From the NCBI GenBank assembly GCA_024279735.1, contig JAJRRF010000166.1:1-47806 (forward strand): a DNA stretch of 47,806 bases, written 5' to 3'. Positions 1 to 7,003 of the stretch are shown here, one piece after another. How positions within the stretch are numbered: position 1 is the first letter of the stretch; each line of letters starts with the position of its first letter. The notes under the pieces are model-generated. The model saw nothing but the letters and a program-made list of their open reading frames with translations. It did no database searches and was not told the origin of the DNA. The translations under genes were made by a program, and so were the position numbers. The DNA comes from Alphaproteobacteria bacterium. GTDB taxonomy: Bacteria; Pseudomonadota; Alphaproteobacteria; Rhizobiales; JAJRRF01.

Positions 1-35
1 GCACGTCAAGGGCATCAAAGATGCCGCACAGCGGG

Positions 36-1310
36 TTACCCTTGACGTGATGGCCAGGAATGCGACACTTTTAAAAGGAGAAAAGATGATAATATCACTT
101 TGAAAGTATAAAACAAAAATATTTTAACTGAGTTGATATTCAGGTTGAACTGGAAGGTATGGCGCAAAGAGTTAAAGACATGTTTGTCGACAGGAGCAGG
201 GCGCAGGCCGTGTGTTTTCATGAATTTGTTAATAACTGCCGAGCAACGGTCAGACTTTTCAGCATAGGTGGGGAAGCCGTTTGGGAAGCGGTGCATCGCT
301 TCAAGTGCGCCAGAAACCAAAGGCATATCACGCCTGGAGTGGTGCGTCTTCAGGCTGCGGTGTTTGGTGGCGCGAATTTTCAGATAGGGAATAGGGGCAT
401 CCAGAATAATATGTTCAGGACGCAAGTTGACGATCTCACCAGTGCGAAGTCCTGTCCAGACCTTTATATAAAATATCATTTGGGCTTCCGTATTCAGCCC
501 CTTAAGCGCGTCTTTCTCCAGCAGGACATCCTGGACAAATTCAGGGCTGAATGAGCGCATGGGTGTGTGGCGTTCGCCGCGCAGTCTCATGCCAGAAAAT
601 GGCTTTCCCAGTTCCAGCCTGTGGGCATCAGATATTTCATTGACCATGCGACTGATGGCCGTCATGTCTTTGTTGGCCGTGCCAATGTCAAGACCATCTG
701 CCTTGACCCGCTGCATCCAGTACGTCTTGAAGTCAAGCGCGTCATGACGGGTAATTTCCCTCACCATTTTATTGCCGATCACAGAGGTCAGGTTGCGGAT
801 GGCTTTCTTTCGCGGATTTGTCCAGCGTTTCAGTTGTTCTGGCGACTTGCCCAAAAGGGTGTCAGCAGCAACCTCCATATAGTCCTCAAGCAGGCCGTTC
901 AGGCGGGTATTATAGTCAGGCTTGTCCAGGCCGCCCAGCACGGCACTGACAGCCATCGAGTCCTTGGACATGCCGTTTTTTTCCAAAAATTCCAGCCGAT
1001 CAAAAATATCTGTCAGCTCCCCGCCAGCCAGATCAGAATTGGTCTTATACTGAAATCCCAGGGCAATGGCTCGTTTTACTGCATTGTCATAAGCCTGTTT
1101 TTCATTCGCGCCCTGTCCATCAACTAGGGCCGCCCAATACGCGTCATTAATCCGGTCCAGCCGCTTGGCAACAATAAGGGCCGCAGCCTGGTCATATTGC
1201 CGTGTGGTTTGCCTGATCATCCCACGGCTATCAAGATGGGCATAGTGAGACGGCACACGCCTGACATATTTCCACACATTCCCCACCTTGCTTATATGAT
1301 CTTTCGCCAT
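36..1310 (-). pseudogene. tyrosine recombinase (integrase) of a second, neighbouring integrated element; the C-terminal catalytic segment appears disrupted
   Basis: ORF 36..1376, with a probable start at MAKDHISK (ATG at 1310). Box I WTGLRTGE and box II SLRHTF are present. Directly after RHTF (about nt 170) the frame enters A+T-rich sequence (FQFNLNINSVKIFLFY...) and reaches the stop at 36 without the expected GH...Y catalytic-tyrosine segment. Confidence 0.6.
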
Positions 1311-1445
1311 TCCAAAACTCGCATTGTTACACACTATGTTGCGTGTTTTGTTACACGGTTTTAAGATATGTTTCAATCTATCAGATTAAATAAAATAAAA
1401 AATCATTATATAACAGTATCTTACGGATATTAAAGGGAAAATAAG

Positions 1446-1493
1446 TGGAGGCCTCGTCCGGAATCGAACCGGAGTAGACGGATTTGCAATCCG
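1446..1493 (-). repeat. att direct repeat: a 48-bp copy of the 3' portion (anticodon loop to CCA) of tRNA-Cys
   Basis: TGGAGGCCTCGTCCGGAATCGAACCGGAGTAGACGGATTTGCAATCCG is identical at 1446-1493 and 40362-40409. The flanking bases differ on both sides. Only the right copy continues into a complete tRNA. Confidence 0.95.
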
Positions 1494-1561
1494 TCATTTT
1501 TTGTTTAATTTCAATGGCTTAGGTCTGTGTCTTATGCTGGTCATATGGTGAATCTTGGGAT

Positions 1562-1572
1562 AAAGTCGGAAA
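1562..1572 (+). promoter_or_regulatory. candidate integrase arm-type binding site (AAAGTCGGAAA)
   Basis: The same 11-mer occurs inside the opposite prophage end at 40270-40280. Related copies lie at 40281-40287 (inverted) and 40294-40302. Confidence 0.4.
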
Positions 1573-1581
1573 TTTGTCTTG

Positions 1582-2721
1582 CTAGACAATTATGCCCTCT
1601 TTTTTCATCCAGATGTTGAGTTTGTCTATGGCGGTATCGGCCATGTCTGCGGTGAGTACCATATAATGACGCATAATATCGTGGGCGCGGCGTTGGCTGT
1701 GGCCTGTTATGGCGCATATTTCATAGACTTCGCAGCCAGCGAGTGCCAAGCGTGTCACTGCTGTATCTCTCAAGTCCTGAAAGGTTTTGCCTTTAATCTC
1801 TGGCATGGTGATAATGGCTTGTTTTCGCACTTTGGCAAAGGTTTGGGCGAACATTTCATTGCGGTATGGTCGGCCTGTTGGTTCATAGGTGATCAGCGTT
1901 TCAATAGATGTGATATTGTTTCGACGTTTGCGCGTTCGGATTTGATTAATGCGTGCCATGACCAGGGGGGTCATGGGAATGTCTACTTTTGCGCCGCGTT
2001 TGGCTTGGGTAATCATGATCCTGTTTTTTGTAAAAATGTGATCTGGCAAGGACAGGGTGTCTGCTGGTCTTTGACCTGCATGTGCGGCTATGATGATGCC
2101 ATCCCCAACGCTATGAAGCCCCATTTCATCGGCTGTCTTAACCATTTCTGACACTTCTTGAGGCAGCCACAAAACCGTGCGCGGCGGTGCTTTTTTGACT
2201 TTAAGACGCAAGGCGGGGTTTGTGTTTTCAGCGATCCAGCCGATAATCTCGGCATAAGACAGGGCGGCGCGGGCGGTGGCTATGATTGCAGAGGACATAG
2301 TGAGACCGTGCTTTTTGCGTATTTGCACATAATATTCGTGCATCATAGGTTTTGTGATTTTCGCAACGGGTATTTCTGAGAAAATGCCTAAAAATTTATG
2401 GCCATTATAGCGGTAATCTTTTTGCGTGCGTGGGGCAAGGTCTTTAAAGTTGTGACTGCTATACCAAGACTGGAACAGGGCGTTGGTGGTGCGCTGGGTG
2501 ATGTAATTTTGGCGGGTTTTGCGCGGCTGGCCAAGGCGGAAAGCGTCCAGGTCGGCATTGAGGGCTTCGGCGGCGGTGATGGCGGCGGGCATGGAGAGCC
2601 AGCGGCCTTGGCTGTCTTTTAGGTTTTGGCCTTTAAAGCCTTGGGCGCGGACTGTGGGGCCTGGTTCCCAGCGCGGGCGGCCATCGCGCCATTTGAAATA
2701 TCTGATTTTAATGGTGGCCAT
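1582..2721 (-). CDS. int: phage tyrosine integrase
   Basis: 379 aa, adjacent to the att repeat. The C-terminal box II reads FQDLRDTAVTRLA...ITGHSQRRAHDIMRHY (R, H..R, Y context). SD GAGGA lies 8 nt upstream. Confidence 0.9.
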   Translation of the reverse strand: MATIKIRYFKWRDGRPRWEPGPTVRAQGFKGQNLKDSQGRWLSMPAAITAAEALNADLDAFRLGQPRKTRQNYITQRTTNALFQSWYSSHNFKDLAPRTQKDYRYNGHKFLGIFSEIPVAKITKPMMHEYYVQIRKKHGLTMSSAIIATARAALSYAEIIGWIAENTNPALRLKVKKAPPRTVLWLPQEVSEMVKTADEMGLHSVGDGIIIAAHAGQRPADTLSLPDHIFTKNRIMITQAKRGAKVDIPMTPLVMARINQIRTRKRRNNITSIETLITYEPTGRPYRNEMFAQTFAKVRKQAIITMPEIKGKTFQDLRDTAVTRLALAGCEVYEICAITGHSQRRAHDIMRHYMVLTADMADTAIDKLNIWMKKEGIIV

Positions 2722-2840
2722 TTTTTAGTCCTCGCTTTGCTCGTCTCGCCTTTGCGGCGTTGGCCTAGGTGTCAAGCCGCTGGGCTGTGCCCGTTGGGGA
2801 TGGTCATTGCTTATGTTGGCATTTATCCCGCTTGGCTCAA
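2722..2840 (-). repeat. conserved intercistronic element, copy 1 (5' of int)
   Basis: Sense strand: TTGAGCCAAGCGGGATAA...CATCCCCAACGGGCA...AGCGGCTTG...GCCAACGCCGCAAAGGCGAGACGAGCAAAGCGAGGACTAAAAAATG. Aligned by eye with the four other prophage copies. Confidence 0.85.
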
Positions 2841-2850
2841 TTTTGGAGAA

Positions 2851-3120
2851 TCAGGCTTGGTCTTTGATAAATATCACATCTGTGGCGGGGAGTCTTTGGC
2901 TTGCGCCAAGATAGTAGATAGTGCCTTGTGGCGTGTGGTCTGTAAAGAGCAGGCGGGCGGTGATTTTGCCGTTTTTGTAGATTTGGGTGATAGCCATGGC
3001 AAGCAGTTGGTCGCCATCTGCTTTTTTAATGATGTTTCCTGGGCGCAAAATATGGCCGTCAATGTCCTGCGCTGTCAGTGTCAGGTCGCCCTTCAGGGCT
3101 TTGGTTGTGAACAGTTTCAT
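2851..3120 (-). CDS. hypothetical protein (89 aa)
   Basis: ORF in the leftward operon. Its ATG overlaps the stop of the upstream small ORF (ATGA at 3117-3120). Confidence 0.6.
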   Translation of the reverse strand: MKLFTTKALKGDLTLTAQDIDGHILRPGNIIKKADGDQLLAMAITQIYKNGKITARLLFTDHTPQGTIYYLGASQRLPATDVIFIKDQA

Positions 3121-3296
3121 GTCTGCCTCTGAAATATGCTTTTTTTCTTGGGTTTTTGGTAGAAGTTTTGCAAAAACAGGTAGCGTTCAAGATATTCTGT
3201 CAGCAGTTCTACCTGCTCTGTATCGGCCTGGATGTCTGCTTCGCAGAGGGCGGCCTGGATGGTTTTTTTCAGGCAGCTTTTGGGGATCTTGGTCAT
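3117..3296 (-). CDS. hypothetical small protein (59 aa), not in the supplied ORF track
   Basis: Hand translation: MTKIPKSCLKKTIQAALCEADIQADTEQVELLTEYLERYLFLQNFYQKPKKKSIFQRQT*. It has ATGA start/stop overlaps with both neighbours (3293-3296 and 3117-3120). Confidence 0.55.
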   Translation of the reverse strand: MTKIPKSCLKKTIQAALCEADIQADTEQVELLTEYLERYLFLQNFYQKPKKKSIFQRQT

Positions 3297-3508
3297 TCTG
3301 CGGCTTCTTTTGTTGGTGTGTCTGCCAGCAATTCTTGCCCTAGCTCTTCCAGGGTTTTGCGGGCGGTATATTGCAGGATGGCCAGCAGTACCAGCGCGTC
3401 TTGCTCTTCTGTCAAGATGTCAGGGGCGGTGAAGCCAGGGGGCAGGTTTAGGGTAGCCTCGTGGCGGATTTGACCGATTTGCAGTGTGAGTGTGACTTTG
3501 TGGGTCAT
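3293..3508 (-). CDS. hypothetical protein (71 aa)
   Basis: The ORF is preceded by element copy 2, which ends in AAGGACTAAAAAATG. Confidence 0.6.
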   Translation of the reverse strand: MTHKVTLTLQIGQIRHEATLNLPPGFTAPDILTEEQDALVLLAILQYTARKTLEELGQELLADTPTKEAAE

Positions 3509-3632
3509 TTTTTAGTCCTTACGCCGTAGGCGTTCGTCTCGCCTCAAGGCGTTGGCTTTTGTGCAAGTCTGAAATTGTGCCTGTTGGGGATGCTTGTTCA
3601 TTGTGTGGGCAGTTATCCCTTTTGGCTCAATT
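3509..3632 (-). repeat. conserved intercistronic element, copy 2
   Basis: Sense strand: TTGAGCCAAAAGGGATAA...CATCCCCAACAGGCA...CAAAAGCCAACGCCTTGAGGCGAGACGAACGCCTACGGCGTAAGGACTAAAAAATG. Confidence 0.85.
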
Positions 3633-3637
3633 GGGGA

Positions 3638-3856
3638 TTATGCTGACCCTTTGGCTTTGCTGACATCATATTTGATGGCGAGCTGGTCGCACAGGGAGTC
3701 AGTGGTTTGAGAAACGAGGCTGTCAATCAACATCACGAGATTTGCAAAATCGTCGGGGCTATCCATTTTTGGGATTTTTAGAACTTTATTGTCAATTTTT
3801 CCTTTAAATTCACCTGTGACTTCATCAACTACTATAGTTACTGATATATCTAACAT
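3638..3856 (-). CDS. hypothetical protein (72 aa)
   Basis: ORF packed 2 nt after the upstream gene in the same operon. Confidence 0.55.
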   Translation of the reverse strand: MLDISVTIVVDEVTGEFKGKIDNKVLKIPKMDSPDDFANLVMLIDSLVSQTTDSLCDQLAIKYDVSKAKGSA

Positions 3857-3858
3857 GC

Positions 3859-4164
3859 TTAACTTCCTATTTTCTCTAGTCGTTGTTTTAGGATTGCGCC
3901 CCAGTCTTTTTCTTCTGGGGGGAGGTCTTTGGGGGCGGTTTTGGCCGCTTCGGTGGCGGCGCGGTAGGCGGCAACTGTGATTTTTAGGTCATCGGACAGA
4001 TTGCGGTCGAGCCAGGCATAAACTTGCACCGCTGACCAGATTAACTGGCCGTCTTGAATGGGCGGGGGCATTCCGTCCTGTACCAGCTTTTTCCAATTAT
4101 GGTAGACCCAATCCTTGCTTTTGCCGATTTGGGCAGCCAGTTGGGCGGTGTTGAGGGTGTGCAT
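3859..4164 (-). CDS. excisionase/AlpA-like helix-turn-helix DNA-binding protein
   Basis: The N-terminus LNTAQLAAQIGKSKDWVYHNWKKL...VQVYAWL matches the small MerR/Xis-type HTH pattern. The gene lies in the int-proximal operon. Confidence 0.55.
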   Translation of the reverse strand: MHTLNTAQLAAQIGKSKDWVYHNWKKLVQDGMPPPIQDGQLIWSAVQVYAWLDRNLSDDLKITVAAYRAATEAAKTAPKDLPPEEKDWGAILKQRLEKIGS

Positions 4165-4526
4165 TAGCCTTGCTCCCCATTTTCTTGCTCTTTGAGAGCT
4201 TGTAAATATTGCGCAGAGCCTGTTTTGTAGGCACTGATAAGATCCGCGGCAGTGTGAACCAGCATTTGTTCTGTCTGTGGGAACTGAAAAGGCGGCATGA
4301 GCTGAAACAGGATAGAAATAGCTACGCCAGGGGCTATATTTATCATCACATTTGGGTCAGTGCCGCGCTGGCGTTCTTCGTCCATCAGCTGTTGCAGGAC
4401 AGGGGTGAGATGGTTGAGCATACGGCCATAACAGGCATCGTATTCGTTGTCTGAGGTCATAAGTTCAGCATAAGCCTGACCAGCCTTGCTGCTCTCTATC
4501 ATTGCTGATGTGGCAGATTTTGCCAT
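4164..4526 (-). CDS. hypothetical protein (120 aa from MAKSATS...)
   Basis: Start chosen at the ATG at 4526, preceded by GGGAG. The longer track ORF (to 4652) would run through the operator/promoter region. Confidence 0.55.
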   Translation of the reverse strand: MAKSATSAMIESSKAGQAYAELMTSDNEYDACYGRMLNHLTPVLQQLMDEERQRGTDPNVMINIAPGVAISILFQLMPPFQFPQTEQMLVHTAADLISAYKTGSAQYLQALKEQENGEQG

Positions 4527-4561
4527 AAAAAATACTCCCATAATTTTGGTTATGGGTGTAA

Positions 4562-4580
4562 TGTATCGAATATCAATACA
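4562..4580. promoter_or_regulatory. operator-like 7-5-7 palindrome TGTATCG-AATAT-CAATACA within the leftward early promoter
   Basis: On the minus strand it lies between a TTGACT -35 (complement of 4584-4589) and a TACATT-like -10. It shares its half-site with the palindrome at 6229-6247. Confidence 0.6.
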
Positions 4581-4595
4581 TAAAGTCAAATTATT

Positions 4596-4614
4596 TGTAT
4601 CTAATACAGATACT
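4596..4614. promoter_or_regulatory. second operator-like palindrome TGTATCT-AATAC-AGATACT
   Basis: Same 7-5-7 geometry and GTATC half-site core, 16 nt from the 4562-4580 palindrome. Confidence 0.5.
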
Positions 4615-4652
4615 TTTTGTTTGATCGTTATGTCTGTCAAAAAGTTATGCAC

Positions 4653-4676
4653 ATAAAAATACCCCGTTTTCGGGGT
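4653..4676 (-). terminator. rho-independent terminator ending the repressor-side transcription unit
   Basis: Minus strand: ACCCCG-AAAA-CGGGGT followed by ATTTTTAT, about 40 nt after the stop at 4714. Confidence 0.7.
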
Positions 4677-4713
4677 GAAAACGAGGGTAATATGTTTGAT
4701 TGTTTGCTGCGTG

Positions 4714-5193
4714 TTATTCGCTGCTGTCTGTTGCGACGAAAAAAGGTTGTAGTGCCAACAGGCTATAGCCGTGAATTGCTGGAAAACTTAGCGGATCATC
4801 CCGAAGAAGCTGCCAACGTGTTTCCATTTTTGCATGCTGCCCTGCCAAAAGAGGAAGGCGAAGGAGTTGTATCTGGTAAAGTTTCTGACCTGTCTGATCA
4901 TACGCGTATTTAAGGGCGGTTTCTTGATCTGTCATTGCGGTAGGGCGGAGTACAAAATCAACTATGCCGCAGATTGCTGAGATTTTGGCGGCATTTTTAG
5001 GGAGTTCCTTGTCATGAAGCAAGGCAGTTGTGCGCCTTCGGGCTTCCTCAAGGTTAAAGAATGGTTCGTGATTTCTTATTTCTGTGAGAATGACTTCAGG
5101 CCAAAAGACTTTGCCGAGCTGGAGGTGTAGCTCTATTTCTATGGGTTCTGGTGTGTTGCTGATAAAGTCCTGAATAATGTCTAGTAGGGTCAT
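4714..5193 (-). CDS. hypothetical protein (159 aa from MTLLDIIQD...), co-transcribed with the repressor
   Basis: ORF with an internal ATG at 5193, 8 nt after the stop of the upstream gene. I recognise no motif. Confidence 0.55.
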   Translation of the reverse strand: MTLLDIIQDFISNTPEPIEIELHLQLGKVFWPEVILTEIRNHEPFFNLEEARRRTTALLHDKELPKNAAKISAICGIVDFVLRPTAMTDQETALKYAYDQTGQKLYQIQLLRLPLLAGQHAKMETRWQLLRDDPLSFPAIHGYSLLALQPFFVATDSSE

Positions 5194-5200
5194 GTTGTGC

Positions 5201-5530
5201 CTATTGCATGAAAAAATTGGTGATGACGGTGCTGTATTTTGCAAAAATTTCCCTGCCAAATCCTTGCGCCACACCCACAACGATAAGGCCTGAAGTGAGG
5301 GCGAGGCTTGCCCAGATGCGGCGTTTTCGGCGATGCCATTTTAGCAGCGGCAGGATAAAGGCGCGGGCTTCAATCGCCCTGTCATTTTTGCGCGGCTTGA
5401 GGGCGTGCAATATGTCTTCTAGGATAGGGGGTTGTTTTTGGTGTTTTTCTGCAAGTGCCAGCAGCTTTGTGTTTGTTAAGCTGCACAGATGATCTTCGCT
5501 ATAGAGTTCAAAACGGGGTTTTGCCATCAT
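5201..5530 (-). CDS. hypothetical membrane-anchored protein (about 110 aa from MMAKPRF...)
   Basis: ATG-ATG at 5525-5530, preceded by AAGGAAAT. One hydrophobic helix, IWASLALTSGLIVVGVAQGF, follows a basic stretch HRRKRR. Confidence 0.55.
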   Translation of the reverse strand: MMAKPRFELYSEDHLCSLTNTKLLALAEKHQKQPPILEDILHALKPRKNDRAIEARAFILPLLKWHRRKRRIWASLALTSGLIVVGVAQGFGREIFAKYSTVITNFFMQ

Positions 5531-5550
5531 ATTTCCTTGCTGTTTTTTCT

Positions 5551-5603
5551 GTCGCAATAGCGCGGACGTAAAACCGCTTTGCACTTTTACTGCGATTGCT
5601 TGT
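5551..5603 (-). repeat. ~50-nt hairpin repeat, copy A (directly 3' of the repressor gene)
   Basis: Minus-strand sense: AAGCAATCGCAGTAAAAGTGCAAAGCGGTTTTACGTCCGCGCTATTGCGAC. The first 20 nt are identical to copies B and C. Arms GCAATCG/CGATTGC-like and GTAAAA/TTTTAC can pair. Confidence 0.85.
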
Positions 5604-5604
5604 G

Positions 5605-6162
5605 TTAAAACCGCCCTAGCACTTCGCCGATCCAATCGAGATAGACCTGTTTTTCTGGCGGGCCATTCCAGTTTGTGAGGTCATAGGTGCTGGCAGTGTT
5701 GCCGTTTTCGAGGATGCGGGCAACCATCGGGCCGTTTGTGATTTGAGCCACGCATTCCTTGCCAAGCATATAAGAGGGAATGCCCTTGAGTTTGCGATAA
5801 ATCAGGGCTTCGCCCTCAAAATAACGCGGATAGAGGCTGTTGCCCCTGATGGCGATGGCCACCAGATTATCGCCGAGAATTTTAGGGACGCGGACATTTT
5901 CTGTCCATTTGTTCTGGGGCAGAAAGAAGATCTCGCCCTTCTCATTGGTATAGCCCGTAATGCGCACATCTTGCCAAGGTTCTGAGATGATTTCTTCATA
6001 GGGCACATTAAGGGCTTCTGAGAGGCGGTCTAGCCATGGTTCTATGCCACGGACACCGCGTTCGATATTGCTGAGATTTACTCGCTGCGTCCCAATCAGT
6101 TCAGCAAGCTGCTCTTGTGTCAGACCTTTTTGTTTTCGTATTGTCGCTAGATTATTGTCCAT
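5605..6162 (-). CDS. CI/LexA-like repressor (XRE HTH plus an S24 peptidase-like C-terminal domain)
   Basis: N-terminus: IRKQKGLTQEQLAELIGTQRVNLSNIERG. C-terminus: AIAIRGNSLYPRYFEGEALIY, a G-x-S-(M/L)-x-P-like motif. Divergent from a Cro-like gene. The ATG at 6162 is preferred over the TTG at 6171. Confidence 0.85.
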   Translation of the reverse strand: MDNNLATIRKQKGLTQEQLAELIGTQRVNLSNIERGVRGIEPWLDRLSEALNVPYEEIISEPWQDVRITGYTNEKGEIFFLPQNKWTENVRVPKILGDNLVAIAIRGNSLYPRYFEGEALIYRKLKGIPSYMLGKECVAQITNGPMVARILENGNTASTYDLTNWNGPPEKQVYLDWIGEVLGRF

Positions 6163-6222
6163 AGTATTCAAAATGAATACTTTTATGAGTTGAGTCTATT
6201 TTCAAATACGTCAAAAAAAATA

Positions 6223-6247
6223 TTGACATGTATCGTCATTCGATACA
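6223..6247 (+). promoter_or_regulatory. rightward early promoter -35 plus operator palindrome
   Basis: TTGACA (6223-6228) is followed directly by the perfect 7-5-7 palindrome TGTATCG-TCATT-CGATACA (6229-6247), 10 nt before the ATG at 6258. The -10 is not clearly assignable, and no SD is visible. Confidence 0.6.
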
Positions 6248-6257
6248 TTTATAGATT

Positions 6258-6521
6258 ATGAAACTCATTGACTTTAAAAATAGACAAGGATTGTCAATCC
6301 AAGAATTAGCTGAACTGCTGGAAGGGCCAGTGGCATCTGTTAAGTCATGGCTGTATTCTGACAGATTACCGCGCAGAACAGAACTCATCAAAATTTATGA
6401 CAAGACCAATGGTCTTGTGACACCGAATGATTTTGTGTTGCCTGAAGACCCTGACCCGCCGCCTGAGGAGGAGGAAGAACCGCCGATTTTGGATTGCATC
6501 CAAAAGACAGCGGCTGAATAA
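6258..6521 (+). CDS. Cro-like HTH protein with an acidic, proline-rich tail
   Basis: GLSIQELAELLEGPVASVKSWLYSDRLP is HTH-like. The gene is divergent from the repressor across an 86-bp control region. Confidence 0.65.
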   Translation: MKLIDFKNRQGLSIQELAELLEGPVASVKSWLYSDRLPRRTELIKIYDKTNGLVTPNDFVLPEDPDPPPEEEEEPPILDCIQKTAAE

Positions 6522-6572
6522 AGCAATCGCAGTAAAAGTGCAGCGCGGTTTTACGTCCGTCGATTGCGATAC
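6521..6572 (+). repeat. ~50-nt hairpin repeat, copy B (directly 3' of the cro-like gene)
   Basis: AAGCAATCGCAGTAAAAGTGCAGCGCGGTTTTACGTCCGTCGATTGCGATAC, starting at the last base of the stop codon. Confidence 0.85.
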
Positions 6573-6622
6573 AAAACGGCTTAGGGGTAAGCCCAAAACA
6601 AAAAAAATCAGGGGCAAAGCAT

Positions 6623-7003
6623 ATGCAGGGGGCAACATCACCAACACAGTTGGGCTTTGCGTTTTATTATCCGCCTGAGCGGGTGATTGCGGCTGGGGTC
6701 TATTATCGGGCGGCAGCTTCGCTGATTGGCAAGGGGCGCGGCCAGGTGCGTTTTCCCGTCGGAATGGTATTGCCGCGTGTCAGTTGGCGCAAACGCAAGC
6801 GGCAAGTGGCGGCCTATCTGGCTGTGACCCATGGCGGCTTTGCCCAGGCCGATGTTGCCAATTATCTGGGATTGAGCCGCAATAGTGTGTGGCATGGTTG
6901 CCGCACGATTGAGGCTTGGCGTGATGAGGAGCGGGTGCGCTTTTTTTTACGCAGGCTTGAGGGGCGGCTAGACGAGATGAGGCCATGTCATGCTGGATTT
7001 TAA
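6623..7003 (+). CDS. DnaA domain IV-like HTH protein (candidate replication initiator or regulator)
   Basis: RKRQVAAYLAVTHGGFAQADVANYLGLSRNSVWHGCRTIEAWRDEE follows the pattern of the DnaA C-terminal DNA-binding domain (ARQIAMYL...IG..FG.RDHTTV.HA..KI). This is pattern recognition only. Confidence 0.5.
   Translation: MQGATSPTQLGFAFYYPPERVIAAGVYYRAAASLIGKGRGQVRFPVGMVLPRVSWRKRKRQVAAYLAVTHGGFAQADVANYLGLSRNSVWHGCRTIEAWRDEERVRFFLRRLEGRLDEMRPCHAGF

Noticed and set aside
159-2151. Plus-strand track ORFs 159-554, 559-747, 567-1127 and 1579-2151, lying opposite the two integrase genes
   Set aside because: They lie entirely antisense to ORFs with clear integrase motifs, have no SD and read as low-complexity. 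They are shadow ORFs.
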